Notes: generated from the letters alone by a model not told the origin. Numbered from the stretch's first letter, positions 7,486 through 16,336 are shown. The stretch is DNA of 32,000 nucleotides from an uncultured Actinomycetes bacterium (GCA_963843975.1 CAWJMG010000001.1:60001-92000); one strand, 5' to 3'. Numbers and translations: made by a program.

Positions 7486-9726
7486 TCAGGCGAAGGCGCC
7501 GGCCAGGGGCGGCGGGAGGTCGCCGGTGCGGACGAGGTCGAGGCGCGAGGTCGCTCGCGTGAGGGCGACGTACAGGTCGGCGAGACCGCTCGGGCCGGCC
7601 CCGACGATGCCCGGTTCGGCGACGAGGACGTGGTCGAACTCGAGGCCCTTGACCTGGTTCGGCGTCATGACGCCGACGGCGGCGTCTAGGCCGCGGGCGC
7701 CGAGGGCGACGTCGATGCCAGCGGTCTGCAGCGAGGCGAACAGGCCCTCGACGAGCTCCGGCGGTGCGACGACGACCGAGCGCCCGGGCCCGGCGACGTA
7801 CTCGCGGACGACGTCGAGCACCGCGGCAGGAAGATCGGTGACGAGCCGGTCGGTGGGGTCGTGGTCACCCTCGCGCACGGCCTGGGGTGCGGTGACGTCT
7901 CGGTCCATCGCATCGAGCACGCGGTCGGCGAGGCGCGCGATGCGGGCCGGCGTGCGGTAGTTGATCGTGAGCTCCTCGACCCGCCACACGCCGCGCGTCA
8001 CCTCGTCCAGCGCAGCCGCCCACGAGCGCGCACCCGAGCCGGACGACGTCTGCGCGAGGTCGCCCACGACCGTCATCGACCGCGACGGGCAGCGACGGGC
8101 GACGGCGCGCCACGCCATCGGCGACAGCTCCTGAGCCTCGTCGACCACGACGTGGCCGTACGCCCACTCGCGGTCGGACGACGCGCGCTCGGCGAGCGTG
8201 AGCGCCGGACCGGTGTCGGCGTACCGCGCGGCGACGTCAGCACCCGACACCATCCCGGCGATCGCGTCGAGGCCGCCGTCGTCGAACCCGCCGGAGGAGT
8301 CGAGAACGCTCTGCGCGTACGCCGCTGCCCGTGCCTCGGCCGCGGCCTGGCGGGCGCGGTCGGCGTTCGAGGCCACGGCGTCGTCGCCGAGCAGCTCGGC
8401 GAGCTCGTCGAGCAGGGGGACGTCGTCGATCGTGAACTCGGCGTCGGCGTCGCGGTGCAGCAGCCGCTGCTGGTCGCGCGTGAGCAGCCCCTCGGCTGCG
8501 GCGGCGAGCTGGTCGGGCTTCGCGAACAGGTCGCGCAGCACCCGCTGCGGGGTGAGCGGCATCCACAGCAGGTTGAGCTCGCGGCGTACGGCGACGGTGT
8601 CGCGCAGCTCCTCGAGCAGGTCCTCGCGGACGTACGCGTCGCCCGGGTCCAGGCTGCGACGGCGGGCGAGCCGCGTGGCGGTCTGGTTGAGCAGGTGGGT
8701 GAGGAAGGCGACGCGGGCACCGTTGTGGGTGTCGTTGTCGCGACGAGCCTCGCGGCCCGACGTCGCGATCGCGTTCGCAGCCACGTGCACGTCGGTGTCG
8801 CCGACCCGCATCGTGATGCCCTGCTTGGGCACGCGCTGGCGGGCGCGGACGGCGTTCGCCATCACCGTGGCCATCACGGAGTCGCCCTTGACCAGCGCGA
8901 CGTGGTCGCGGTCGCGCGTCGTCGGCGCGATGCCCGGGATGAGTTCGGCTATCGACGACAGCACGACGCCGGTCTCGCCCAGCGAGGGCAGCACGGCCTC
9001 GACGTAGCGCAGGAACACACCGGTCGGCCCGAGCACCAGCACGCCGGACTGCTCGAGCCGGTCGCGGTGCGTGTAGAGCAGGTACGCCGCGCGGTGCAGC
9101 GCGACCGCCGTCTTGCCCGTGCCGGGGCCGCCCTGCACGACGAGCGCGCCCTTGGCGCTCGAGCGGATGATGCGGTCCTGCTCGGCCTGGATCGTGGCGA
9201 CGATGTCGCCCATGCGGCCGGTCCGCGCAGCGCCGAGCGCAGCGAGCAGGGCCGAGTCCGAGCCTGTGTCGACGGCGTTCGGGTCGACCATGTCGGGGTC
9301 GAGCACCTCGTCCGAGAGCCCGACGACCCGGCGCTCCTCGGTGGTGATGTGGCGGCGGCGCACGAGGCCCTGGGGGCTGGCCGCCGTCGCCTGGTAGAAC
9401 GGCGCCGCCGCGGGTGCGCGCCAGTCGATCTGCAGCACCTTCTGCGACTCGTCGGTGAGCCCGATGCGCCCTACCCAGGTGGGACCGCCGTCGGTGTCGA
9501 GCCGGCCGAACAGCAGCCGTGCCTCGACGGCCTCGAGCGCCGCGAGCCGGTCGGTGTACATCGAGACGAACGAGTCGCGCTCGGAGCGGTTCTGGTGCGT
9601 ACCGCTCGAGCCCTGGGCCATGGTCGACCGGAGGCGCGCGCGCTGAAGCTCGCGCAGCGCGTCCAGCCTGCTGTAGGCCTCGTCGAGGTGCGCCTGCTCC
9701 TCGACCGTGTCGGGATGACCCTGCAT
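7486..9726 (-). CDS. helD: HelD/HelR-family RNA-polymerase-associated UvrD-like ATPase
   Basis: 746-aa ORF. N-terminal coiled segment EEQAHLDEAYSRLDALRELQRARL...GTHQNRSERDSF. Also WVGRIGLTDESQKVLQIDWRAPAAAPFYQAT, Walker A GGPGTGKTAVALHRAAYLL and the C-terminal UvrD-like block FDHVLVAEP...LYVALTRATSRLDLV. SD-like GAAGGA precedes the ATG. Confidence 0.85.
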   Translation of the reverse strand: MQGHPDTVEEQAHLDEAYSRLDALRELQRARLRSTMAQGSSGTHQNRSERDSFVSMYTDRLAALEAVEARLLFGRLDTDGGPTWVGRIGLTDESQKVLQIDWRAPAAAPFYQATAASPQGLVRRRHITTEERRVVGLSDEVLDPDMVDPNAVDTGSDSALLAALGAARTGRMGDIVATIQAEQDRIIRSSAKGALVVQGGPGTGKTAVALHRAAYLLYTHRDRLEQSGVLVLGPTGVFLRYVEAVLPSLGETGVVLSSIAELIPGIAPTTRDRDHVALVKGDSVMATVMANAVRARQRVPKQGITMRVGDTDVHVAANAIATSGREARRDNDTHNGARVAFLTHLLNQTATRLARRRSLDPGDAYVREDLLEELRDTVAVRRELNLLWMPLTPQRVLRDLFAKPDQLAAAAEGLLTRDQQRLLHRDADAEFTIDDVPLLDELAELLGDDAVASNADRARQAAAEARAAAYAQSVLDSSGGFDDGGLDAIAGMVSGADVAARYADTGPALTLAERASSDREWAYGHVVVDEAQELSPMAWRAVARRCPSRSMTVVGDLAQTSSGSGARSWAAALDEVTRGVWRVEELTINYRTPARIARLADRVLDAMDRDVTAPQAVREGDHDPTDRLVTDLPAAVLDVVREYVAGPGRSVVVAPPELVEGLFASLQTAGIDVALGARGLDAAVGVMTPNQVKGLEFDHVLVAEPGIVGAGPSGLADLYVALTRATSRLDLVRTGDLPPPLAGAFA

Positions 9727-9746
9727 ACGTCCTTCGCCTGCTCGTT

Positions 9747-9760
9747 CCGTCGTACGACGG
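9747..9760. promoter_or_regulatory. perfect 14-bp palindrome CCGTCGTACGACGG in the helD leader
   Basis: The sequence is its own reverse complement. It sits 21-34 nt upstream of the helD ATG (9726). A role as operator or 5'-UTR hairpin is inferred only. Confidence 0.3.
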
Positions 9761-9789
9761 GCAGACCATCTTGCGCCATCGGCGCCGCC

Positions 9790-9805
9790 GGGGCGAACCC
9801 GCCCC
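9790..9805 (-). terminator. GC-rich hairpin GGGGCG aacc CGCCCC after the ATP-grasp operon
   Basis: 6-bp stem with a 4-nt loop, 12 nt downstream of the stop at 9817. No U-tract follows, which is common for actinobacterial terminators. Confidence 0.3.
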
Positions 9806-9816
9806 CCGCGCCGGCG

Positions 9817-11187
9817 CTACGGCAGCGGAACCACGAACGACGGAGGACGCCGCATCCGCCCGACCCGGGCCACCGCGAGGCTGCTGTAGACCCGGCCGCG
9901 CCGGAGCAGCCGGCGGGTGCCGGTGGAGGACTCGTTCAGGCGCAGGGTGCGGTACAGCTCGGCCGCCGCCTCGTCGTACGACGCCTCGGACGGGAGCCGG
10001 AGGACGGCCCGCCAGGGCTTGTTGAGCAGATCCACGGTCGGGGTGATCCGCACGCCCAGCTTGGGGGGCTGTCCCCACGCCACGAAGTCGTCCCGTGCCT
10101 CGACCTCGGTCTGGCCCTCGATCTCGTACACGTAGCCGTCGATCGTGCTGATCCCGTTGACGGTGCCGAACACGTACTCGTCGTACGTCGCCCAGTCGAG
10201 CCTCGAGTCGATCACCTCGGGCTCGCCGAGGTAGTAGTGCAGCGCGATCTCGAGCATGTCGAGCGTCCCGTGCAGCAGCGGGTCGATCTCGGCCAGGTCG
10301 CCACCCACCAACCGCGCGGCGACCTCGATGAGGCAGGGACCGACGTCGTCCACCTTGCACTCGAGGTGGAACGGGCTGCTGCGCAATCCGGAGGCGCGCA
10401 CCACCTGCGCGACGTAGTCGACGATCACGGCGAAGACCGGGTCGGTCGTGCGCACCGAGATGTCACCGATCGCGACGGCCTGGCGGCCGTTGAGGTCCTG
10501 GCGGCGGTACTTCCATATGGCGAACGACTCGACGCCTCCGTCGGCGTCGACCTGGCCGTCGACGAAGTACTCCTCGCCGCCGATGTACTCCTCCATGAGC
10601 AGCTGCGCACCGCGACGCTCCGCGACGTACTGCTCGAGCAGGGCCGGGTCGCCGTCGGCGTCGAAGAAGCCGATGGTCGAGTTGCCGAAGCCGTCGTTGG
10701 GCTTGAGCACGTAGCGCGCGAAGTCTCCCGTGGTGAGCGCGGCTCGGACGTCGTCCACGGTGCGCACGGCGGCGATCGCGTTGATGCGCGGCCCGCCGGG
10801 CACCGAGCGGAGGTAGGACTTCAGCGCGTGCTTGTCGCGGAACCGCTCGAGGACGCCCGGCTGAGCCCATGGGAGGTCGAGGAGCTCGGCGAGACGGGCG
10901 AGCGGCAGCACCGTGGGCTCGGCGTGCGGTACGACGGCGACGACGCGATGCTGGCGCCGCAGGTGGGCGGCGACGTCCTCGAGCGAGCGGCCCTCGATCA
11001 GATAGCTCGCGGCGACGTCCGGCCCGGCGAGCTCGGGGAACTTGCGGATGTTGCGGGCCATGTCGGCCGCATCCGTGTACACGCAGACGGCGCGCAGACC
11101 GCGCTCGCGGGCGAGCGCGAGGAAGCGGACGGCGTAGGGGTGGTAGGGGTCCTGCAGGACGATCTCGTCCCCCGAGAACCCGCTCAC
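9817..11187 (-). CDS. ATP-grasp domain ligase (L-amino-acid-ligase-like), 456 aa
   Basis: GTG 11187 overlaps the upstream stop as GTGA (GTG 11187-11185, TGA 11186-11184). Sequence [39 protein letters not shown]...FRDKHALKSYL...YVLKPNDGFGNSTIGFF...LLMEEYIGGEEYFVDG...FHLECKVDDVGPCLIEVAARLVGG. The C-terminal tail is basic (RRLLRRGRVYSSLAVARVGRMRRPP). The 719-aa track ORF is an out-of-frame upstream extension. Confidence 0.8.
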   Translation of the reverse strand: MSGFSGDEIVLQDPYHPYAVRFLALARERGLRAVCVYTDAADMARNIRKFPELAGPDVAASYLIEGRSLEDVAAHLRRQHRVVAVVPHAEPTVLPLARLAELLDLPWAQPGVLERFRDKHALKSYLRSVPGGPRINAIAAVRTVDDVRAALTTGDFARYVLKPNDGFGNSTIGFFDADGDPALLEQYVAERRGAQLLMEEYIGGEEYFVDGQVDADGGVESFAIWKYRRQDLNGRQAVAIGDISVRTTDPVFAVIVDYVAQVVRASGLRSSPFHLECKVDDVGPCLIEVAARLVGGDLAEIDPLLHGTLDMLEIALHYYLGEPEVIDSRLDWATYDEYVFGTVNGISTIDGYVYEIEGQTEVEARDDFVAWGQPPKLGVRITPTVDLLNKPWRAVLRLPSEASYDEAAAELYRTLRLNESSTGTRRLLRRGRVYSSLAVARVGRMRRPPSFVVPLP

Positions 11188-12404
11188 GCCGCACTTGCGG
11201 TGGAGCGCCGGTCGGCGCTGTCCCCGCTGTGGCGCCCGGAGGCCGAGCCCGTGCCGGAGGCGCCCTTGTCCATGCGCCGCACCTTTCCGAGCGCCCGGAG
11301 CGTGCCGAGCGCCGTGCGGATCCGGATCACCGTCGCCCAGCGCGCGCCCAGCCACGAGCGACGAATCCTGACGACCTCGAGCGTCTGCGCGCGCCAGAGC
11401 ATCACCTGGTCGCGGGTGTCGACCGGCGGGCACGGGTAGCGCAGCATCGGTGCGGCCACGCCGTAGCGGCCGTGCGACTCGGCGGGCCGAGCGCCGGCGC
11501 CGAGGACGTGGACGTACGCCCCGGCGAGGTCGAAGCCGAGGTCCTGCAGCGCAACCCAGGAGCCGAAGACGCGGGCGTTGAAGTCGATGAGGCGCAGCCG
11601 GCCCTGCTGGTCGGTGACCCAGTCGATGCAGAAGAAGCCCGTGTAGCCGATGCTGCGCAGGAACGCGGTCGTCTTCTCGACCGCCTCCTCGCTGTGGACG
11701 GCGACGATCACCTCGGACGGGCCGGTCGGGTCGTCGGCCGCGGGCCTGCCGTCGTACGCGACGCAGATGACGGGCTCGCCGTCGAGGGCGACACCACCGG
11801 TGGAGACACCGCGGGCCATGAACTCCTGCACGAACGGCTGGACGCCGTCGGCGGAGAAGTCGGTCCAGGCCTCGGTGAGACCGGCCGCGTCGCGGACGAT
11901 GCGTACGCCGCCGCCGCCGAAGCCGACGGGGGTCTTCACGACCACCGGGTACGTCGCGGCCGTGGGCGTGTCCCACATGTCGGGGACGGGGACGCCGATG
12001 GCGCGCGCATGCTGGGCCTGCAGCCGCTTGTCGATGAGCAGGAGGGGGTCGACGCCGGCGGCCAGGTGGCGGGCCGGGTTCGCCGGGCCGTCGGCGATCG
12101 CCAGGGCCGAGAGGACGAGGTCCTCCTGCATCTGCACGTCGGTCGCGTCCGCCGGCACGGCCGCCGCGAGCTGCGCCGGGTCGATCGTGGCCTGGCTGCC
12201 GTGGAGCACACCGCCGACGACGAGTCGCTTGAGCGGCCCGAAGACCCAGGACTCCATCCGCTGGATCAGCCGGACGCGGATCGAGCCGCTCGTGCCGGAG
12301 ATGCGGGCCACCCGGACCTTGCGGTGCCGGAGGGCACCGGCGAGGTCGACGAAGGCCTGCCAGGAATAGGAGTCGAGGAAGACGACCAGCGGGCGCTTCC
12401 TCAT
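11184..12404 (-). CDS. ATP-grasp domain ligase, 406 aa
   Basis: ATG 12404 gives [18 protein letters not shown]. Third-position GC rises sharply from this codon, whereas the 17 codons upstream (from ATG 12455) have low GC3. Blocks seen: [46 protein letters not shown] and [26 protein letters not shown]. The C-terminal ~60 aa are basic/amphipathic then S/G-rich. Confidence 0.8.
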   Translation of the reverse strand: MRKRPLVVFLDSYSWQAFVDLAGALRHRKVRVARISGTSGSIRVRLIQRMESWVFGPLKRLVVGGVLHGSQATIDPAQLAAAVPADATDVQMQEDLVLSALAIADGPANPARHLAAGVDPLLLIDKRLQAQHARAIGVPVPDMWDTPTAATYPVVVKTPVGFGGGGVRIVRDAAGLTEAWTDFSADGVQPFVQEFMARGVSTGGVALDGEPVICVAYDGRPAADDPTGPSEVIVAVHSEEAVEKTTAFLRSIGYTGFFCIDWVTDQQGRLRLIDFNARVFGSWVALQDLGFDLAGAYVHVLGAGARPAESHGRYGVAAPMLRYPCPPVDTRDQVMLWRAQTLEVVRIRRSWLGARWATVIRIRTALGTLRALGKVRRMDKGASGTGSASGRHSGDSADRRSTASAA

Positions 12405-12543
12405 GTCATCACTGTACGTGTCCGCCACATGTTTCTCATCGGCCGGAAGGCCCATCGGACTGAGCGTTCATCCGACATTCCGGGGGTATTCACCCGCCGA
12501 CCCCGGCGTGACCTCACCGGAGGCTCATGGCACCCTGGCCGCC

Positions 12544-13641
12544 ATGTCGCCGACCCTCACCAGCACCCCCGCCGCCGACGGCTTCCGCATGCCCGGCGAG
12601 TGGGACGACCACGCCGGCTGCTTCCTCGTCTGGCCCGAGCGCACGGACAACTGGCGGGACGGCGCCAAGCCCGCCCAGCGCACGTGGCGGGCCCTCATCG
12701 AAGCGATCGCCTCGGCCGAACCGGTCACCGTTCTCGTGTCGGCCCGGCAGTACCAGAACGCCCGCCGCCAGCTGCCCGCCCACGTGCGCCTCGTCGAGAC
12801 CACGACCAACGACGCATGGGTCCGCGACACCGGCCCCAGCTTCGTGCGCGACGACGCCGGCGAGGTCCGCGGCGTGTCCTGGCAGTTCAACGCCTGGGGC
12901 GGCCTGCGCGGCGGCCTGTACTTCCCGTGGGATGCCGACAACCTCGTCGGCCCGAAGATCTGCGACCTCGAGCGGCTGCCCGTCTACCAGCCGTCGCTCA
13001 TCCTCGAGGGCGGCTCGATCGACGTCGACGGCGAGGGCACGGTGCTCACGACCGAGGAGTGCCTGCTCAACCCCAACCGCAACCCCGACCTCACGCGGGA
13101 GCAGATCGAGGAGATCCTGCACGCGCACCTCGGCACGTCGAAGGTGATCTGGCTCCCCCGCGGCGTCCACCTCGACGAGACCGACGGCCACGTCGACAAC
13201 ATGGCCCGCTTCGCCGCGCCCGGCGTCGTGATGCTCACCTGGACCGACGACGAGTCCGACCCGCAGTACGAGCGCAGCGCCGAGGCGCTCGCCGTCCTCG
13301 AGGCCTCGACCGACGCGCAGGGCCGTCCGATCCGCGTCGTGAAGCTCGCGCAGCCCGGGCCGCTCTACTTCACCGAGGAGGAGGCCGCCGGCGTCGACGT
13401 CGTGCACGGCAGCCAGCCGCGCGAGGCCGGCGAGCGCCTGGCCGGGTCGTACGTCAACTCCTACTTCGGCAACGGCATCATCGTGCTGCCGACCTTCGAC
13501 GACCCCAACGACGCGGCTGCGGTGGCGGCGTACCAGGAGCTCTTCCCCGACCGGCGGATCCTGACGGTGCCGGGCCGGGAGGTCCTGCTCGGCGGCGGCA
13601 ACTTTCACTGCATCACCCAGCAGCTCCCGTCGGGTCGCTGA
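12544..13641 (+). CDS. aguA: agmatine deiminase family (guanidino-group modifying, PAD-type) enzyme
   Basis: ATG 12544 gives [31 protein letters not shown]. Blocks seen: [51 protein letters not shown] and the catalytic-Cys block [11 protein letters not shown]. Length is 365 aa. Confidence 0.9.
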   Translation: MSPTLTSTPAADGFRMPGEWDDHAGCFLVWPERTDNWRDGAKPAQRTWRALIEAIASAEPVTVLVSARQYQNARRQLPAHVRLVETTTNDAWVRDTGPSFVRDDAGEVRGVSWQFNAWGGLRGGLYFPWDADNLVGPKICDLERLPVYQPSLILEGGSIDVDGEGTVLTTEECLLNPNRNPDLTREQIEEILHAHLGTSKVIWLPRGVHLDETDGHVDNMARFAAPGVVMLTWTDDESDPQYERSAEALAVLEASTDAQGRPIRVVKLAQPGPLYFTEEEAAGVDVVHGSQPREAGERLAGSYVNSYFGNGIIVLPTFDDPNDAAAVAAYQELFPDRRILTVPGREVLLGGGNFHCITQQLPSGR

Positions 13642-13716
13642 GCCTGGTCAGCGCGGTGAGTGCGGTCAGGGTCGCCTGGGTCGGCATCGGTCCCGCTGGT
13701 GGGGCAGGCTGAGGCC

Positions 13717-14673
13717 ATGTCCCAGCCGCAGGAGGCCCCTCACGGCACCGCTCCCTCGGGAGCCGTGAACCTCACGAAGTTCGCCTGGCTGTCGATCGCC
13801 GCCGCGCTGGCGACGATCGCGCTGAAGACCGGCGCCTGGTGGATCACCGGGTCGGTCGGCCTGCTGTCGGACGCCGCCGAGTCGGTGGTCAACCTCGTGG
13901 CGGCCGTGATCGCGCTCGTCGCCCTCACGGTCGCGGCGAGGCCGCCCGACGCCGAGCACCACTACGGCCACGGCAAGGCGGAGTACTTCTCGGCCGCCAT
14001 CGAGGGCCTCATGATCTTCGTGGCCGCTGCCGTCATCCTCGTGACCGCGGTGCAGCGGCTCTTCAACCCCGTCGAGCTCGAGAGCCTCGGCATCGGTCTC
14101 GCGATCTCGCTCGTGGCCACGGCCATCAACGGCTTCGTCGGCCTGCTGCTCATCCGCGTCGGCCGTCAGCACCGATCCGCCACGCTCACCGCCGACGGCA
14201 AGCACCTCATGACCGACGTCTGGACCTCCGCCGGCGTGCTCGTCGGCGTGCTGCTCGTCGCGATCACGGGCTGGCTGCAGCTCGACGCGATCGTCGCCAT
14301 CGCGGTCGCGCTCAACATCCTGGTGATGGGCGGCAGGCTCGTGAAGTCGGCGACGTCGTCCCTGCTCGACGCCGCCATGACCGCCGACGAGCACGCGGTC
14401 GTGGTGGCCGTGCTCGACCGGCACCGCAGCGACGACGTCGACTTCCACGGCCTGCAGACCCGCGTGAGCGGCCGGCACCGGTTCGCCTCGGTGCACGTGC
14501 TCGTGCCGGGGGCGTGGACCGTGCAGGATGCCCACGACCTGCTCGAGAACGTCGAGGCCGACCTCCGGGCCGCGCTCGAGGACCTGCAGGTCACCACGCA
14601 CGTGGAGCCGCGCGAGGACCACCGCAGCTACGACGACTCGCAGTACGACGCCAGCCCTCGCCGTACCCCCTGA
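13717..14673 (+). CDS. cation diffusion facilitator (CDF) divalent-metal efflux transporter
   Basis: ATG 13717. Blocks seen: KFAWLSIAAALATIALKTGAWWITGSVGLLSDAAESVVNL and HHYGHGKAEYFSA. There are six hydrophobic segments and a C-terminal cytoplasmic domain (FHGLQTRVSGRHRFASVHVLVP). Confidence 0.9.
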   Translation: MSQPQEAPHGTAPSGAVNLTKFAWLSIAAALATIALKTGAWWITGSVGLLSDAAESVVNLVAAVIALVALTVAARPPDAEHHYGHGKAEYFSAAIEGLMIFVAAAVILVTAVQRLFNPVELESLGIGLAISLVATAINGFVGLLLIRVGRQHRSATLTADGKHLMTDVWTSAGVLVGVLLVAITGWLQLDAIVAIAVALNILVMGGRLVKSATSSLLDAAMTADEHAVVVAVLDRHRSDDVDFHGLQTRVSGRHRFASVHVLVPGAWTVQDAHDLLENVEADLRAALEDLQVTTHVEPREDHRSYDDSQYDASPRRTP

Positions 14674-14766
14674 TCGCGTTGTCTTGATCCCATTCCCCTG
14701 ATACCTCTCCCGGACATGCCTCTGGGCCCCGCACCTGGTGGAGGTGAGGGCTGCGAGGCGGGGTGG

Positions 14767-16329
14767 TCAGAAGGGTGGGATGTCGTCGCGCGGGTCCGGC
14801 ACGGTGGGTGCCGGCCGGCGATGCCGGTAGCCGGGCAGGGTGAACCGGGCCGGTGGTGCTTGGGCGGCGAGGATCGAGTCGCGGTCGGGGTCGTCGAGGT
14901 ACGGCGGTGGGCTGGAGTAGTAGACGACGCCGTGGGGTGTGGTGATCTGGACTGCGGCGTCGGTGCGCCCGTCGACGGTGAGCTGCTCGGCGGTCTTGCG
15001 CTGGTGGCATTCGAGGCAGAGCCACCATTCGTTCCACGGGGCTGACGGGCCGCCGCGGAGGAACTCGATGAGGTGGTCCATCTCGCCGCGGGTCGCGCGT
15101 CGGCCGCAGCAGCGGCAGGTGGCCCGGTCGCGCTTCTTGATGTGGGTGCGCTGCTTGGCGGACAGGTAGGTGTCCTGGCCGAGGTCGAGCAGGTGCGCGG
15201 TGCCCTCGGCGACCAGCGCCCGGGCGATCACGTCGACGTCGACCATCAGGCGCCGCGCGATGCCGGCACAGATGGGGTCCTGCCCGAAGCGGGCGAGGTT
15301 GTCGGCGATGCCGGCGGCGGTGGGGGCGTCGATGACAAGCTCGACCCGGGTCCGGCGGTGCTCGCGCGGGGCGTACGTGACGGTGCCGTCCTCGTCCACC
15401 GTCCCGAGCAGCGCAGCCACGACGGCGCCCGAACGTGCCTGCGCCGTCGACAGCCGCGGCCGCTCCGGCTTCGCCGCGGGCCGGCTCCCCTCGTCGCGGT
15501 CGCCGTCAGCCGCGGCGTCGGCGTCGGCGTCGGCCTGGGCCTGGGCGCGGTCGGCGGCGACCAGGGACATGGCTGCGTCGTCGATGCTCTCGCGCATCGC
15601 CTCGACGTCCTCGGTCCGGGCGACCACCGTCATGGAGGAGATGCCGTCGCCGAGGTTCGAGTAGGAGACGCGGCGCTGCAGGCGGGCCTGGCGGCGGCGT
15701 GCGGCAGCGTTCGGGTCGTGGCGCTGGATGAGGCGCTTGAGGGCGGTGCGGAACCGGGTGACCGAGTGGGCCTGCGCGAACGGCAGCGCCTTGCCCGCGA
15801 TCTTCGCCAGGACCGCGGGGTCGGTGACGACCAGGGTCTCCTCGTGCATCGCGTAGCAGTGCCCGAGCGAGATCTGCCCCGCCGTCAACGCCGACACGAA
15901 GTCCGGGAAGTCCTCGACGAGGCGCCGGTAGGTGCCGATCAGGAACTCGGCCTGGTCCTTGGTCCGACCGAACGCGAGCCCGATCTCGTGGCGGGTCGTG
16001 CGGGCATCCATCGCCTCGACGGCCTCGCCGTCGCCGTCGACGTCGGCGAGGTCGACGATGTCCCGGACCGTCTGACCGTCCAGGAAGCTCGACACCCGCC
16101 GCGTGGCCATCAGCCGCATCAGCCGACCGGTCTGGTCCAGCTCCACCGAGCGCAACGACGCCAGCACGTGCAGGTCGTCCCAGCACGGCTCCCGGTCCAG
16201 CATCCCCGCGAGCCGATCGATCGCCCGCTCGCACTCCAGCCGAGCGCTGATCCGGTGCCACTGCGACTCCACGAACGACAGCGCCACGCCCTCCCGGGCG
16301 GGGATCACGTCGACGTGGGTGGTGTCCAT
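14767..16329 (-). CDS. DUF222 + HNH endonuclease protein (REP13E12-like family)
   Basis: ATG 16329 gives MDTTHVDVIP. The N-terminal two-thirds has the DUF222 layout. The centre is a low-complexity run AQAQADADADAAADGDRDE. The C-terminal HNH motif is DRATCRCCGRRATRGEMDHLIEFLRGGPSAPWNEWWLCLECHQRKT. Confidence 0.9.
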   Translation of the reverse strand: MDTTHVDVIPAREGVALSFVESQWHRISARLECERAIDRLAGMLDREPCWDDLHVLASLRSVELDQTGRLMRLMATRRVSSFLDGQTVRDIVDLADVDGDGEAVEAMDARTTRHEIGLAFGRTKDQAEFLIGTYRRLVEDFPDFVSALTAGQISLGHCYAMHEETLVVTDPAVLAKIAGKALPFAQAHSVTRFRTALKRLIQRHDPNAAARRRQARLQRRVSYSNLGDGISSMTVVARTEDVEAMRESIDDAAMSLVAADRAQAQADADADAAADGDRDEGSRPAAKPERPRLSTAQARSGAVVAALLGTVDEDGTVTYAPREHRRTRVELVIDAPTAAGIADNLARFGQDPICAGIARRLMVDVDVIARALVAEGTAHLLDLGQDTYLSAKQRTHIKKRDRATCRCCGRRATRGEMDHLIEFLRGGPSAPWNEWWLCLECHQRKTAEQLTVDGRTDAAVQITTPHGVVYYSSPPPYLDDPDRDSILAAQAPPARFTLPGYRHRRPAPTVPDPRDDIPPF

Positions 16330-16336
16330 GCCCGAT

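Noticed and set aside
11188-11976. Upstream extension of the 719-aa ORF 9817-11976 (-)
   Set aside because: It overlaps the first ATP-grasp gene out of frame and reads as Arg/Pro/Gly repeats. The GTGA-coupled GTG at 11187 gives a sensible pre-ATP-grasp N-domain.
9727-12543. Search for a RiPP (graspetide/microviridin-type) precursor peptide next to the ATP-grasp pair
   Set aside because: The flanking gaps (90 bp and 139 bp) contain no SD-preceded short ORF. Small track ORFs inside the genes (for example 11936-12211) are off-frame shadows. The graspetide idea is kept only as a comparison in the finding.
7861-13712. Very long plus-strand ORFs 7861-11439 (1192 aa) and 10869-13712 (947 aa), and minus ORF 8237-10360 (707 aa)
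   Set aside because: They span several independently supported genes (helD, both ATP-grasp genes, aguA) in antisense or off frames. They show Arg/Gly/Asp/Val low-complexity composition and have no motifs.
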